The position numbers were made by a program, and so were the translations under genes. From Sphingomonadales bacterium (GTDB taxonomy: Bacteria; Bacteroidota; Bacteroidia; UBA7662), in NCBI GenBank assembly GCA_016872125.1, contig VHBD01000001.1, forward strand, positions 1 through 35,650: 35,650 nt of DNA, given 5' to 3'. The notes below the pieces were generated by a model, which saw only the letters and a program-made list of their open reading frames with translations, had not been told where the DNA came from and did no database searches. How positions within the stretch are numbered: position 1 is the stretch's first letter; the number at the start of each line of letters is the position of its first letter. Below are positions 1-9,885 of this stretch, piece by piece.

Positions 1-18
1 TGAGGTTTGCTTGGCCAT
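1..18 (-). CDS. infA: Translation initiation factor IF-1, first 6 codons only (runs off the window edge)
   Basis: Minus-strand ATG at 18..16 followed by GCC AAG CAA ACC TCA gives MAKQTS. It starts 8 nt after the secY stop codon. MAKQ is the usual IF-1 N-terminus, and infA normally lies just downstream of secY (or of map). Only 18 nt are visible, so the call is tentative. Confidence 0.5.
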
Positions 19-26
19 GGGTTGAA

Positions 27-1394
27 TTAAGCGCGAGGACCCTCCATTATGTTGTTGGACCGGCCTTTGATACGACCCGATTTCATCAGACCATCGTAAT
101 GACGATTCAATAAATGAGTCTCGATCTGTGCCAAACTATCCAAGATTACGCCAACCAGAATTAGCAGGGAAGTACCTCCGAAGAATTGAGCAAACTGAGA
201 ATTGACCCCCAAAATGATAGCAATGGCGGGCAATATGGCAACGGCAGCCAAGAAAATTGAGCCGGGCAAAGTAATTCGAGCCAAAACATCATCAATATAA
301 TCGGCGGTGCTACGGCCCGGTTTGACGCCTGGGATGAAGGCTCCGTTTCGCTTGAGATCTTCTGACATTTGGTTAGCATTGACCGAGAGCGAGGTGTAGA
401 AATAAGTAAACACCACAATAAGCAACGCCAACACAATATTATAGGTAACGCCCGTATAGTCTACAAAGGCCGCCATCACCCCGGCACTGAAATCCGAATC
501 CGGAAAAAACTGAGCAATCGTTGTGGGAAGGAACATGATCGCTTGAGCAAAAATGATGGGCATAACCCCTGCAGCATTCACTTTGATAGGAACATGCTGG
601 CGCTGACCCCCGTAAATACGGTTACCTACCACTCTTTTGGCGACTTGCAATGGAATTTTCCTGGTACCTTGAACAAGGAGGATGGTTAGGCCCACCACAA
701 CAGCAAGCAAAGCAATTTCCACAAGGAACGGGATCAAGCCACCCCCTCCAGAACCGGAACGGAATTGAAATTCGGCAATTAAGGCATCAGGAAGCTGCGC
801 GATAATCCCCACCATGATGATCAAGGATGTCCCGTTCCCAAGACCTTTGTCGGTAATTTTCTCGCCCAGCCACATCACGAACATGGTCCCTGCGGTAAGC
901 ACCACGACGGTGGACAAGACGAACGACAAATCCAAAGTATCACCGCTACGCAAGATGATGGCTTCCAGGGATTGAGCTTTGAGGTTGATCAGAAAACCAA
1001 ATGCCTGGGCCGCGGTCACAGCAATGGTTAGGTAACGGGTAATTTGATTGATTTTGTTTCGTCCGCTTTCACCTTCCTTCATCATTTTCTGAAAAGAAGG
1101 AATAACCATACCCATAAGCTGAACCACAATAGAGGCGGAGATATAGGGCATAATTCCCAAGGCGAAAATCGATGCCCTAGAAAAGGCACCGCCCGCAAAA
1201 AGATCAATTAAGCCCGTTAAGCCTGCAGATCCCCCGGTTGGATTCATTTGTTCCAACATCACAGGGTCAACCCCGGGTAATACCACATAGGAACCAAGCC
1301 TGTAAACCAGCAACAAACCGAAGGTCAAAAGGATCCTGTCCTTGAGTTCCTCGATTCGGAATATGTTCCTAATGGTCTGAATTAATTTGTTCAT
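27..1394 (-). CDS. secY: Preprotein translocase subunit SecY
   Basis: 455-aa polytopic membrane ORF with SecY-like segments LGIMPYISASIVVQL and GTSLIIMVGI. ATG confirmed at 1394..1392. Canonical position after rplO at the end of the spc operon. Confidence 0.97.
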   Translation of the reverse strand: MNKLIQTIRNIFRIEELKDRILLTFGLLLVYRLGSYVVLPGVDPVMLEQMNPTGGSAGLTGLIDLFAGGAFSRASIFALGIMPYISASIVVQLMGMVIPSFQKMMKEGESGRNKINQITRYLTIAVTAAQAFGFLINLKAQSLEAIILRSGDTLDLSFVLSTVVVLTAGTMFVMWLGEKITDKGLGNGTSLIIMVGIIAQLPDALIAEFQFRSGSGGGGLIPFLVEIALLAVVVGLTILLVQGTRKIPLQVAKRVVGNRIYGGQRQHVPIKVNAAGVMPIIFAQAIMFLPTTIAQFFPDSDFSAGVMAAFVDYTGVTYNIVLALLIVVFTYFYTSLSVNANQMSEDLKRNGAFIPGVKPGRSTADYIDDVLARITLPGSIFLAAVAILPAIAIILGVNSQFAQFFGGTSLLILVGVILDSLAQIETHLLNRHYDGLMKSGRIKGRSNNIMEGPRA

Positions 1395-1406
1395 GTCCTC
1401 AATTTT

Positions 1407-1862
1407 TTAGGCCCCTAAAGCACTAACAGAGCCTCCTGCGGCCTCAATTCTGGCTTTGGCTGTTGCACTAAAGGCATGGGCCTCCACTTGAATGGCTTTG
1501 TTCAATTCCCCACGACCTAGGATCTTGATCCGACTACCCCTTGATGCACCGAAACCATGTTCTGCAAAGAAAGCCGGGTTCATTACCGAGGCTCCATATT
1601 CATCGCAAAGGGTTTGCAATTGGTCCAAATTCACCGCAATGTATTCCACACGGTTACGGCTTTTGAAACCAAATTTGGGAACACGCAATTTCAGAGGCAT
1701 CTGACCACCTTCGAAACCGGGTTTTGAAGAGTAGCCCGTACGAGCCTGGGCGCCTTTGTGTCCTTTGGTGGAGGTACCCCCTCTACCGGAACCTTCGCCC
1801 CGACCAATGCGTTTGGTTTTGTGTACACTGCCTTCTGCAGGCATCAATTTGCTTAGGTCCAT
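1407..1862 (-). CDS. rplO: 50S ribosomal protein L15 (uL15)
   Basis: 151 aa with the Gly/Arg-rich N-terminal segment GRGEGSGRGGTSTKGHKGAQARTG typical of uL15. Lies between rpmD and secY. Confidence 0.95.
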   Translation of the reverse strand: MDLSKLMPAEGSVHKTKRIGRGEGSGRGGTSTKGHKGAQARTGYSSKPGFEGGQMPLKLRVPKFGFKSRNRVEYIAVNLDQLQTLCDEYGASVMNPAFFAEHGFGASRGSRIKILGRGELNKAIQVEAHAFSATAKARIEAAGGSVSALGA

Positions 1863-1864
1863 AA

Positions 1865-2044
1865 TTAAATCTCCTCAATTTTGATCAAATGTTGAACTTT
1901 GGCCAGCATGCCGAGTACCTGTGGGGTGCCCTCGTGACGGACCGTTGTTTGATTCTTCTTCAGCCCCAGAGCAATCAGGGTGCGCTTTTGGCGTTCTGAA
2001 CGACCAATTGCGCTTTTGACTTGGGTAATTTGGTAAGTTGCCAT
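1865..2044 (-). CDS. rpmD: 50S ribosomal protein L30 (uL30)
   Basis: Not in the ORF track because it is 59 aa. Hand translation from ATG 2044..2042 gives MATYQITQVKSAIGRSERQKRTLIALGLKKNQTTVRHEGTPQVLGMLAKVQHLIKIEEI, with stop TAA at 1867..1865. This has the uL30 pattern (I.Q.KS.IG....Q..TL..LGL.K) and the expected slot between rpsE and rplO. Confidence 0.85.
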   Translation of the reverse strand: MATYQITQVKSAIGRSERQKRTLIALGLKKNQTTVRHEGTPQVLGMLAKVQHLIKIEEI

Positions 2045-2058
2045 GGTCTGTAATGGGA

Positions 2059-2577
2059 TTAACCGTTGAAAACTTTGGAGATGGGAACAGAGCGCTGTTG
2101 AGATACCGTATGCGGATCCCTTAAGGCGCCCAATGCAGCAATCGTAGCCTTCACCACATTGTGCGGGTTGGATGAGCCTTTGGATTTGGCAAGTACATCG
2201 GTAATCCCAGCACTTTCTAACACTGCACGCATTGCACCACCAGCAATAACACCAGTACCGTGCGATGCAGGCTTAATGTAAACCAATCCACCCCCGAATT
2301 TGCCCTCAGCATCATGCGGGATAGTGCCTTTGTAAACAGGAACCTTGATCAGCGATTTTTTGGCATCATCGATGCCTTTGGCTATGGCTTCTGAAACTTC
2401 TTTGGCTTTGCCGAGACCGTACCCAACGATACCTTGCTCATCACCGACCACCACGATGGCCGAAAAGGAAAAAGTACGTCCTCCTTTGGTCACCTTGGCT
2501 ACCCTTTGAACGGCGACCAAACGGTCTTTGAGTTCAATCTCGCTGGCTTTAACACGCCGAATATCTGTGGTTGACAT
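2059..2577 (-). CDS. rpsE: 30S ribosomal protein S5 (uS5)
   Basis: 172 aa with [22 protein letters not shown] and [15 protein letters not shown] motifs. In spc-operon order. Confidence 0.97.
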   Translation of the reverse strand: MSTTDIRRVKASEIELKDRLVAVQRVAKVTKGGRTFSFSAIVVVGDEQGIVGYGLGKAKEVSEAIAKGIDDAKKSLIKVPVYKGTIPHDAEGKFGGGLVYIKPASHGTGVIAGGAMRAVLESAGITDVLAKSKGSSNPHNVVKATIAALGALRDPHTVSQQRSVPISKVFNG

Positions 2578-2595
2578 AATAGATTGTATAAAAAA

Positions 2596-2952
2596 TTAAA
2601 ATTGTAAACCCCCTTCACGTGCACCCTCTGCAAGGGCCTTGACCCTACCGTGGTACAAGTAACCACCACGGTCAAAGACGACCGAAGTAACTCCAGCGGC
2701 AAGTGCTTTTTCGGCCAACAACTTACCAACAGCGGCGGATTGTTCAAGGCGACGAACCTTCATATCCCTCATCGACTTCTCACGGGTTGAGGCAGCAACC
2801 AAGGTACGCCCGTTCAAATCATCGATAATCTGTGCATAGATTTCGGTGTTGGAACGGAAAACAGATAAGCGGGGACGCTCCACAGTACCCGCAATTTTTT
2901 TGCGGATACCCCTGCGAATTCGGGAGCGGCGTTCGGTACGATCGTAAGCCAT
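2596..2952 (-). CDS. rplR: 50S ribosomal protein L18 (uL18)
   Basis: 118 aa with [18 protein letters not shown] and the C-terminal [26 protein letters not shown]. Confidence 0.95.
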   Translation of the reverse strand: MAYDRTERRSRIRRGIRKKIAGTVERPRLSVFRSNTEIYAQIIDDLNGRTLVAASTREKSMRDMKVRRLEQSAAVGKLLAEKALAAGVTSVVFDRGGYLYHGRVKALAEGAREGGLQF

Positions 2953-2984
2953 GAATGATAAAGGATAGAGTTATACGTGTATTA

Positions 2985-3539
2985 TTATTTTTTGGAGGCG
3001 GATTTACCGGCTTTCTTACGAAGAATCTCGCCGACAAAACGAATACCCTTGCCTTTGTAGGGTTCTGGGGCACGGAGTGAGCGAAGTTTAGCAGCAACCT
3101 GCCCAAGCAATTCTTTGTCGTGACTGGACAAGGTTACGATAGGGTTCTTACCCTTTTCGGTTAGAGTTGCCAATTTAACCTCTTTGGGGATTTGCATGAT
3201 AATCTCATGTGAATATCCCAAAGCGAGTTCCAACAATTGACCGTTGGCATTGGCGCGGTATCCCACACCAACCAGCTCTTGTTGGAGGGTGTATCCTTCG
3301 GAGACGCCTTTGACCATGTTGGCCAACAAAGCCCTGTACAAACCATGCAAGGCGCGATGGCGCTTGCTATCCGTTGGGCGTGTGAAGGTGGCGACACCGT
3401 CGATAAGGTCAAGGCGGATGTCAGGATCCATTTGGCGAGAGAGCTCACCTTTGGGACCTTTCACCGTGACCAATTGGTGAGCCACCTGAACCTGAACTGT
3501 GGATGGGATGGCGAGTGGAAGTTTACCTATTCGTGACAT
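2985..3539 (-). CDS. rplF: 50S ribosomal protein L6 (uL6)
   Basis: 184 aa with the MSRIGKLPLAIPSTVQV N-terminus and PEPYKGKGIRFVGE near the C-terminus. Confidence 0.96.
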   Translation of the reverse strand: MSRIGKLPLAIPSTVQVQVAHQLVTVKGPKGELSRQMDPDIRLDLIDGVATFTRPTDSKRHRALHGLYRALLANMVKGVSEGYTLQQELVGVGYRANANGQLLELALGYSHEIIMQIPKEVKLATLTEKGKNPIVTLSSHDKELLGQVAAKLRSLRAPEPYKGKGIRFVGEILRKKAGKSASKK

Positions 3540-3578
3540 GATATTATTCAGATAATGTTAAAACAAATAAACTGTGAA

Positions 3579-3974
3579 TTAAGAGACATAACAAAGGACC
3601 TCACCGCCTACATTATGCTTACGGGCTTCTTTGTCGGTCATGATGCCCTTATTAGTGGACAGGATGGCGACCCCCAAGCCGTTGATTACGCGAGGCATTT
3701 CTTCCACACCCTTATATGAACGAAGACCAGGACGACTAACCCGAGTCAATTCGCGGATGACCGGCTCTCCAGTCCCAGGGATGTATTTGAGGGCGATTTT
3801 GATATGGCCCTGTGGACCTTCGTCTTCAAATTTGTAATTCGCGATATAGCCCTTGTCAAACAAAACCTTGGTAATGGCTTTCTTCAAATTGGAGGCAGGA
3901 ATCTCGACAATGCGATGCCTGGCCTTCATGGCATTACGAAGGCGGGTTAAATAATCAGCAATTGGATCTGTCAT
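3579..3974 (-). CDS. rpsH: 30S ribosomal protein S8 (uS8)
   Basis: 131 aa with the MTDPIADYLTRLRNA start and the GGEVLCYVS end. Confidence 0.96.
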   Translation of the reverse strand: MTDPIADYLTRLRNAMKARHRIVEIPASNLKKAITKVLFDKGYIANYKFEDEGPQGHIKIALKYIPGTGEPVIRELTRVSRPGLRSYKGVEEMPRVINGLGVAILSTNKGIMTDKEARKHNVGGEVLCYVS

Positions 3975-4033
3975 GGTATAATATCGATGAGAATGCTTTG
4001 GAGGTTTGTGGCCTTAATAAGATTGAACAAGAA

Positions 4034-4303
4034 TTACCAAGAGGATTTGGTCACACCCGGTATGAGGCCAGCCGAGGCCATTTTCCGGAACAATACCCTT
4101 GAGATTCCAAACTGGCGCATGAAACCACGGGGACGACCCGAAATGCTGCAACGGCTGTGCAAGCGAACCGGCGATGCATTGCGTGGGAGTTTTTGAAGAC
4201 CAATCACGTCACCTGCTTCTTTGAGGGCTTTACGCTTGGCGGCGTAGCGCTCAACAGCTTTGAGTCGCTTAACGTCTCTGGCTTTGATACCTTCTTTGGC
4301 CAT
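4034..4303 (-). CDS. rpsN: 30S ribosomal protein S14 (uS14), long non-zinc form
   Basis: 89 aa with the [13 protein letters not shown] start and the [11 protein letters not shown] end. There is no CxxC pair, so this is the long C-minus type. Confidence 0.95.
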   Translation of the reverse strand: MAKEGIKARDVKRLKAVERYAAKRKALKEAGDVIGLQKLPRNASPVRLHSRCSISGRPRGFMRQFGISRVLFRKMASAGLIPGVTKSSW

Positions 4304-4305
4304 GG

Positions 4306-4863
4306 TTAATTCTTTGAAGATTTGAATGGAAGACCCAACTCAGCGAGAAGAGCCTTAGCTTCTTCGTCGTTACGAGCGGTGGTCACGAAAGTGATGTGCA
4401 TACCGTTGATCTTGTTGACTTTGTCAATATTGATCTCCGGGAAAATGATTTGTTCAGTGACTCCAAGGGTATAATTACCCCGTCCGTCAAATCCTTTGGC
4501 GGGGATACCCTTGAAATCGCGGACCCTGGGCAATGCCACAGCAACCAAACGGTCAAGGAATTCATACATCCGCTCGTTGCGAAGCGTCACCTTCACCCCA
4601 ATCGGCATTTTCTCACGAAGTTTGAAATTCGAAATCGCTTTTCTTGACAAAGTCGAAACTGCTTTCTGACCCGTAATCTGGGTTATCTCCCCAATAGCGT
4701 TGTCGATAAGCTTCTTGTCGGATACGGCGGCGCCTACCCCTTGGTTAATGCAAATTTTGGTCAAGCGAGGAACTTCCATTACGTTCTTGTAACCGAACTT
4801 CTCCTTGAGGGCTGGGATCACCTCTTCGGCGTATTTGTTTTTGAGTCTTACGTGATAATTCAT
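4306..4863 (-). CDS. rplE: 50S ribosomal protein L5 (uL5)
   Basis: 185 aa with [13 protein letters not shown] and [17 protein letters not shown]. The ATG overlaps the rplX stop as ATGA (4863..4860). Confidence 0.97.
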   Translation of the reverse strand: MNYHVRLKNKYAEEVIPALKEKFGYKNVMEVPRLTKICINQGVGAAVSDKKLIDNAIGEITQITGQKAVSTLSRKAISNFKLREKMPIGVKVTLRNERMYEFLDRLVAVALPRVRDFKGIPAKGFDGRGNYTLGVTEQIIFPEINIDKVNKINGMHITFVTTARNDEEAKALLAELGLPFKSSKN

Positions 4864-5207
4864 GAGGGAATAATTTCCTGATTGATTTTGGCAAAGCGAA
4901 CGATTTCTCCAGCATCGTTGAGTTTACGCCCAACACGCGTTGGCTTGGAGCCTACAAGGAGTTTGAGATTCGAAATATGAATAGGGGCTTCTTTCTTGAT
5001 GATACCACCGTTGGGTGACGCCGCAGAAGGCTTGGTATGACGGCTAACCAAATTGAGACCCTCCACAACGGCGCGGTTGGTTTCGCGCTTCATTTCGAGA
5101 ATGCGCCCTTGCTTGCCTTTGCTGTCCCCGGCAATAACCTGCACCATATCCCCCTTGCGGAGTTTGGGTTTGGCAACCGGTATTTCGTGTACTTTAGATT
5201 TTTTCAT
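4860..5207 (-). CDS. rplX: 50S ribosomal protein L24 (uL24)
   Basis: 115 aa with KOW motif [19 protein letters not shown]. About 12 extra N-terminal residues compared with short uL24 forms. The only upstream Met is at 5207. Confidence 0.93.
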   Translation of the reverse strand: MKKSKVHEIPVAKPKLRKGDMVQVIAGDSKGKQGRILEMKRETNRAVVEGLNLVSRHTKPSAASPNGGIIKKEAPIHISNLKLLVGSKPTRVGRKLNDAGEIVRFAKINQEIIPS

Positions 5208-5219
5208 AACAAAAGAATA

Positions 5220-5588
5220 TTAAAGGACCTCAGGGGCCAAAGAAACGATTTTCATAAATTGCTTCTCACGCAGTTCCCTGGCTACCGGGCCAAAGATGCG
5301 AGTACCCCGTGGTTCGTCTTGTGCATTCAAAAGCACAACGGCATTATCGTCGAAACGGATATAGGACCCGTCCCTGCGGCGCACTTCCTTGGCAGTTCTA
5401 ACAACGACAGCCTTGGAAACGGTTCCTTTCTTGGCATTCCCTGTGGGGATGGCCGATTTGATGGAAACCACAATTTTATCGCCTACACTGGCGTAGCGCT
5501 TGCCGGTGCCTCCAAGGACACGAATGCAAAGCACTTCTTTGGCGCCGCTGTTGTCGGCTACTGCCAGTCTGCTTTCCTGTTGTACCAT
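5220..5588 (-). CDS. rplN: 50S ribosomal protein L14 (uL14)
   Basis: 122 aa with [19 protein letters not shown] and [11 protein letters not shown]. Confidence 0.98.
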   Translation of the reverse strand: MVQQESRLAVADNSGAKEVLCIRVLGGTGKRYASVGDKIVVSIKSAIPTGNAKKGTVSKAVVVRTAKEVRRRDGSYIRFDDNAVVLLNAQDEPRGTRIFGPVARELREKQFMKIVSLAPEVL

Positions 5589-5624
5589 GATCGATTATTG
5601 ACGGTTAGGTGGTCTTAATTTGAA

Positions 5625-5933
5625 TTACTTGGCTCTTTCGATGATTTCCACCAAACGCCAACATTTGTTTTTACTGAGGGGGCGGGTTTCGACGATACGA
5701 ACCCTGTCACCCACATTGCATTCGTTTTGCTCATCGTGTGCCATGAACTTCCTTGAACTTTTCATGAACTTGTGGTACATGCTGTCTTTCACTTTTTTCT
5801 CTACAGAGATGGTGATGGACTTGTTCATTTTGTTGGAAACCACTACGCCAATTTTCTCTTTGCGTGCAGCACGTTGGACTGCCGTTGTTGCAGATATTGT
5901 TGTAGGGGTAACGGCGGATTGATTATCTTCCAT
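5625..5933 (-). CDS. rpsQ: 30S ribosomal protein S17 (uS17) with an N-terminal extension
   Basis: 102 aa with core IGVVVSNKMNKSITISVEKKVKDSMYHKF and GDRVRIVETRPLSKNKCWRLVEI. The first Met (5933) is the only in-frame start upstream of the core. Confidence 0.9.
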   Translation of the reverse strand: MEDNQSAVTPTTISATTAVQRAARKEKIGVVVSNKMNKSITISVEKKVKDSMYHKFMKSSRKFMAHDEQNECNVGDRVRIVETRPLSKNKCWRLVEIIERAK

Positions 5934-5944
5934 GGAGCAGATGA

Positions 5945-6148
5945 TTAGGCGTTAGGGGTTTGGCGCAAACGGGCGTTGAGTTCGGTCATAGTTCTTGCGA
6001 CTTCTCTACGGGTTTCGCGGATGCGCATTGGGTTTTCGACGGCTGAAACCACCTGGGTGAAGCGAAGCTTCTGAAGGATGGCCTTTTCGTCCCGAATGCG
6101 TTCTTGCAATTCGGCAACGCTAAGGGATTTAAGATCTGTTTTTTTCAT
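5945..6148 (-). CDS. rpmC: 50S ribosomal protein L29 (uL29)
   Basis: The ORF track starts at 6178. The second Met (ATG 6148..6146) gives MKKTDLKSLSVAELQERIRDEKAILQKLRFTQ, which matches the usual uL29 N-terminus. That gives a 67-aa product. Confidence 0.88.
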   Translation of the reverse strand: MKKTDLKSLSVAELQERIRDEKAILQKLRFTQVVSAVENPMRIRETRREVARTMTELNARLRQTPNA

Positions 6149-6205
6149 GAGTACAGCGAAAAATGATTCGGAGATCAAAGGGTTTCTTAGATTGATGTTT
6201 TAGGA

Positions 6206-6640
6206 TTAAGCGCTCTTCGCTTCGGTTACGTAGTCACGACGAACCACAAAGGAGGTGGAAACGGGGAGCTTTTGGGCCGCCAATCGAAGGGCTTCACGGG
6301 CTACATCCAAGGGAACGCCTTCGGCTTCAAAAATCAAGGTACCAGGCTTCACAACGGCCACCCAATATTCCGGTGAACCTTTACCCTTACCCATACGCAC
6401 CTCGGCAGGCTTCTTCGTTATGGGTTTGTCCGGAAAAATACGTATCCAAACTTGACCCTCCCTTTTCATAAAGCGAGTGACCGCAATACGAGCGGATTCA
6501 ATCTGACGCGAAGTGATCCACTTGGCCTCAAGGGATTTGAGTCCAAAGCTGCCGAAGGACAATTCGGCTCCTCGTGTAGCCATTCCATGCACCCTGCCTT
6601 TGTGGGTTTTGCGGAACTTGGTTCTTTTTGGTTGTAACAT
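6206..6640 (-). CDS. rplP: 50S ribosomal protein L16 (uL16)
   Basis: 144 aa with [16 protein letters not shown] and [19 protein letters not shown]. Confidence 0.97.
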   Translation of the reverse strand: MLQPKRTKFRKTHKGRVHGMATRGAELSFGSFGLKSLEAKWITSRQIESARIAVTRFMKREGQVWIRIFPDKPITKKPAEVRMGKGKGSPEYWVAVVKPGTLIFEAEGVPLDVAREALRLAAQKLPVSTSFVVRRDYVTEAKSA

Positions 6641-6662
6641 GGTTATTAAATTACCAATTCAC

Positions 6663-7448
6663 TTAGTTTCTGTTGCGACGATCCCCGCCACGGCCTTCGG
6701 AGCGACCCTCACCACGTGGACTACGACGGTCTCTTCCACCTGGACGATCCCCGCGACCTCCTTGTTCGGAACGTGGAGCACCTGAGCCGGCGCTTACGCC
6801 TACATTGGGCGAAAGATCTCTTTTGCCGAATACTTCGCCGCGGCATATCCACACCTTCACACCAATTTTGCCGTAAACAGTTTGGGCCTCTTTGAGAGCG
6901 TAATCAATATCGGCACGCAATGTATGCAATGGAATACGTCCTTCTTTGTATTGCTCTGTACGGGCAATTTCTGCTCCACCCAAACGGCCAGAAACCATGA
7001 CCTTGATTCCTTCGGCATTGAGACGCATGGTGCTGGCCAAGGCCATCTTCATGGCACGACGGAAAGAAACTCTGCCTTCCAATTGGCGGGCAATATTCTC
7101 CGCAACCAAGGCCGCTTCCAACTCAGGTTTTTTGATTTCGTGGATATTAATTTGAATCTCTTTCTGGGTCAATTTTTTGATTTCCTCCTTGATTCGATCA
7201 ACTTCTTGACCCTGCTTACCGATAATAATTCCGGGCCGGCTCGTGTGAATGGTGATGATAATCCGCTTCAGGGTTCGCTCCAAGACAAGCTTGGACACGC
7301 CGCCGTTGTTGATACGGGCATTAAGGTAGCGGCGGATTTTGTCGTCCTCCAGAATTTTGTCGGCGTAGTTTTTGCCGCCAAACCAGTTGGAATCCCAGCC
7401 TTTGATGTATCCCAGCCTTAAGCTGATTGGATTGGTTTTTTGTCCCAT
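6663..7448 (-). CDS. rpsC: 30S ribosomal protein S3 (uS3) with an Arg/Gly-rich C-terminal tail
   Basis: 261 aa with the [13 protein letters not shown] start, KH-domain [15 protein letters not shown] and [12 protein letters not shown]. The last ~50 aa are an RG-rich low-complexity tail. Confidence 0.96.
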   Translation of the reverse strand: MGQKTNPISLRLGYIKGWDSNWFGGKNYADKILEDDKIRRYLNARINNGGVSKLVLERTLKRIIITIHTSRPGIIIGKQGQEVDRIKEEIKKLTQKEIQINIHEIKKPELEAALVAENIARQLEGRVSFRRAMKMALASTMRLNAEGIKVMVSGRLGGAEIARTEQYKEGRIPLHTLRADIDYALKEAQTVYGKIGVKVWICRGEVFGKRDLSPNVGVSAGSGAPRSEQGGRGDRPGGRDRRSPRGEGRSEGRGGDRRNRN

Positions 7449-7452
7449 TCGA

Positions 7453-7812
7453 TTATGCGTTTTCGGTATTGACGGATGCGTCCACGATGATGGTGATATG
7501 ATTGGATCTTTTGAGAATACGATGACCCCTTCCTTGTGGGGCTGGACGAAGTCTTTTCATCATACGTCCCCCATCCACAAAAATTTTCTTCACGTAAAGG
7601 GAGGAGGCCTCAAGGCTTTGATCTTCGTTTTTGCGCATCCAATTGGCTACGGCAGACATTAATAATTTTTCGAGACGGATCGAAGCATCCTTCTTGGAAA
7701 ACTTCAACAAACCCTGGGCTTGGTCTACCTGACGACCCCTGATCATATCGGCCAGAAGACGCATCTTCTGAGGCGATGTTGGACAATCTCTGAGTATAGC
7801 TTGTGCTTCCAT
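7453..7812 (-). CDS. rplV: 50S ribosomal protein L22 (uL22)
   Basis: The ORF track extends to 7956 and would overlap rpsS. The internal ATG at 7812..7810 gives [26 protein letters not shown], the conserved uL22 start, 7 nt after the rpsS stop. Also contains [24 protein letters not shown]. Confidence 0.93.
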   Translation of the reverse strand: MEAQAILRDCPTSPQKMRLLADMIRGRQVDQAQGLLKFSKKDASIRLEKLLMSAVANWMRKNEDQSLEASSLYVKKIFVDGGRMMKRLRPAPQGRGHRILKRSNHITIIVDASVNTENA

Positions 7813-7819
7813 GATTATA

Positions 7820-8086
7820 TTATTTGCGGTTTCCTGAGTGACCACGGAAAGTACGGGTTGGTGAAAACTCACCCAGTTTATGGCCAACCATGTTTTCGGT
7901 GACATAAACTGGAATGAACTTATTGCCGTTGTGGACGGCGATGGTATGTCCAACAAATTCAGGAATCACCATGGACCTTCTGGACCATGTTTTGATGACT
8001 GTTTTTTTGGCGCCATTGTTCATGGCCTCGATTTTCCGTTCGAGGGTGTATTCCACAAAGGGGCCTTTTTTGAGAGAGCGGGGCAT
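7820..8086 (-). CDS. rpsS: 30S ribosomal protein S19 (uS19)
   Basis: 88 aa with [11 protein letters not shown] and [38 protein letters not shown]. Confidence 0.97.
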   Translation of the reverse strand: MPRSLKKGPFVEYTLERKIEAMNNGAKKTVIKTWSRRSMVIPEFVGHTIAVHNGNKFIPVYVTENMVGHKLGEFSPTRTFRGHSGNRK

Positions 8087-8124
8087 AAGGATTATAAAAT
8101 ATAAAGTCAGACGATTACAAGGAA

Positions 8125-8946
8125 TTAACTACGACGCTTCACGATGAGGCGATCGGATGGGCGCTTACCTCTGCGGGTTTTGTATCCCTTGGATGGAATA
8201 CCCTTGCGAGAGCGCGGGTGTCCCCCGGAAGCGCGTCCTTCACCTCCACCCATCGGGTGATCCACAGGATTCATCGCTACACCACGAACACGGGGACGGC
8301 GACCTAACCAACGAGATCTACCAGCTTTACCGCTGATTTCCAACAAGTGATCCTCGTTCGATAGGGTACCAATCGTGGCCGTGCACGATTGCAAAACCAT
8401 CCTAGTTTCACCGGAAGGCAATTTGATGATGGCGTATAGACCATCCCGGGCAGCAAGAATAGCGGAATTCCCTGCAGAGCGGACCATTTGGCCACCACGG
8501 CCTGGGCGCAGTTCAATGTTATGGATACTGGATCCCAAGGGCACATCCGATAAGAACATGCAATTCCCGGTATCCGGGGTAGCCTTTTTGCCAGCCATGA
8601 CCTTATCGCCCACTTTCAAACCTTTGGGAGCGAGAATATAACGCTTTTCGCCGTCTGTGTAGAACAGAAGGGCGATGAAAGCCGAACGATTGGGATCGTA
8701 TTCAACACTTTGGACGGTGGCAGAGATATCGTGTTTGTCTCTGCGGAAGTCCACCAAGCGGTACATCCTTTTGTGACCACCCCCGATGTAGCGCATAGTC
8801 ATGCGACCATCACGGTTACGTCCACCGGATTTGGATAAAGGTGCCATGAGAGACTTCTCCGGCTTATCGGTAGTGAGCTCCGAAAAAGTATTGGCTACCT
8901 TGAAGCGAAGGCTGGGGGTTAGCGGCTTAAATCGTTTAACTGACAT
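8125..8946 (-). CDS. rplB: 50S ribosomal protein L2 (uL2)
   Basis: 273 aa with [13 protein letters not shown] and [14 protein letters not shown]. Confidence 0.98.
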   Translation of the reverse strand: MSVKRFKPLTPSLRFKVANTFSELTTDKPEKSLMAPLSKSGGRNRDGRMTMRYIGGGHKRMYRLVDFRRDKHDISATVQSVEYDPNRSAFIALLFYTDGEKRYILAPKGLKVGDKVMAGKKATPDTGNCMFLSDVPLGSSIHNIELRPGRGGQMVRSAGNSAILAARDGLYAIIKLPSGETRMVLQSCTATIGTLSNEDHLLEISGKAGRSRWLGRRPRVRGVAMNPVDHPMGGGEGRASGGHPRSRKGIPSKGYKTRRGKRPSDRLIVKRRS

Positions 8947-8955
8947 AACAATAGT

Positions 8956-9246
8956 TTATAGGCTGGAGTAATAATCAATATTCTCTCCTGCCTTGAGCGT
9001 CACAATAGCTTTCTTGAACGAATCGGTACGACCACGAACCAAACCGCCTTTGGTATTACGATTGCGGGAGTTGCCTGCATAACGCATGGTGTTCACAGAC
9101 TCCACGGTCACACCGTACATAGCCTCCACGGCGCTACGGATTTGAATTTTGTTAGCCCTTTTGTCCACTTTGAAGGCATACTGCTGATGCTTCTCCGTGA
9201 GGCGGGTCATTTTCTCGGTTACAACCGGCTTCTTAAGCGTTTCCAT
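8956..9246 (-). CDS. rplW: 50S ribosomal protein L23 (uL23)
   Basis: 96 aa with YAFKVDKRANKIQIRSAVEAMYGVTVESVNT. Slot between rplD and rplB. Confidence 0.93.
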   Translation of the reverse strand: METLKKPVVTEKMTRLTEKHQQYAFKVDKRANKIQIRSAVEAMYGVTVESVNTMRYAGNSRNRNTKGGLVRGRTDSFKKAIVTLKAGENIDYYSSL

Positions 9247-9251
9247 GAGAA

Positions 9252-9878
9252 TTAGCTAAGGGTTTCTTGGATTTTAGCGACAGCACTGTGCTGGATCAAC
9301 AAACAATGTGCGTTCATCATGTCGTAGGTATTCAAATCCTGGGCCAACATAACGCGGGCGTTGGGGATATTCCGTCCAGAAAGCACGAGGTTCGTCTCTT
9401 TGTCCCCGGTCACTAGGATGACCTTACGACCTGCGAGTTGGAAACCGTTGAGAAGGTTCACGAACTCCTTAGTCTTGGGCATGTCCATGGAGAAGTCTTC
9501 GATCACAAACAGCTGATTTCCTTGAATCTTGTAGGAAAGGGCAGAGCGGCGGGCCAATTGGCGGAGCTTTTTGTTCAATTTGAATGAATAATCCCTTGGT
9601 TTAGGTCCAAAAACGCGAGCACCTCCGTAAAGCAATGGGCTATTGATATCGCCACGACGTGCTCCCCCGGTTCCTTTCTGACGAAAAAGCTTACGGGTTG
9701 ATCCGCTCATTTCGGACCTTTCTTTGGCTTTGGCAGTTCCCTGACGACGATTGGCCAGGTGCAATTTCACATCAAGATAAATGGCGTGATCATTGGGCTC
9801 AGGGCAGAAAACCTGATCATCCAAAACAACCTTGCGGTCGGTGACTTGGCCTGAACGAGAGTAGATAGCGGTTTCCAT
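9252..9878 (-). CDS. rplD: 50S ribosomal protein L4 (uL4)
   Basis: 208 aa with RQKGTGGARRGDINSPLLYGGARVFGPKPRDY. Confidence 0.95.
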   Translation of the reverse strand: METAIYSRSGQVTDRKVVLDDQVFCPEPNDHAIYLDVKLHLANRRQGTAKAKERSEMSGSTRKLFRQKGTGGARRGDINSPLLYGGARVFGPKPRDYSFKLNKKLRQLARRSALSYKIQGNQLFVIEDFSMDMPKTKEFVNLLNGFQLAGRKVILVTGDKETNLVLSGRNIPNARVMLAQDLNTYDMMNAHCLLIQHSAVAKIQETLS

Positions 9879-9885
9879 GACGATC

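Noticed and set aside
1396-1882. Identical 11-mer (minus strand AAAATTGAGGA) upstream of both secY (1396..1406) and rplO (1872..1882).
   Set aside because: One copy is coding sequence (the rpmD C-terminus KIEEI) and the other is intergenic. The distances to the ATG differ (1 versus 8 nt). A single 11-mer coincidence is insufficient to call a regulatory repeat. It is mentioned only in the Shine-Dalgarno note.
6673-6876. Pro/Arg/Ser-rich 67-aa plus-strand ORF and apparent short GC-rich repeats at the 3' end of rpsC.
   Set aside because: This is the antisense image of the RG-rich uS3 tail. The repetitiveness comes from the low-complexity coding sequence and is not a DNA repeat element.
7813-7956. 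48-codon upstream extension of the rplV ORF.
   Set aside because: It overlaps most of the rpsS 3' half out of frame. The conserved uL22 start MEAQAILR lies at 7812, 7 nt after the rpsS stop.
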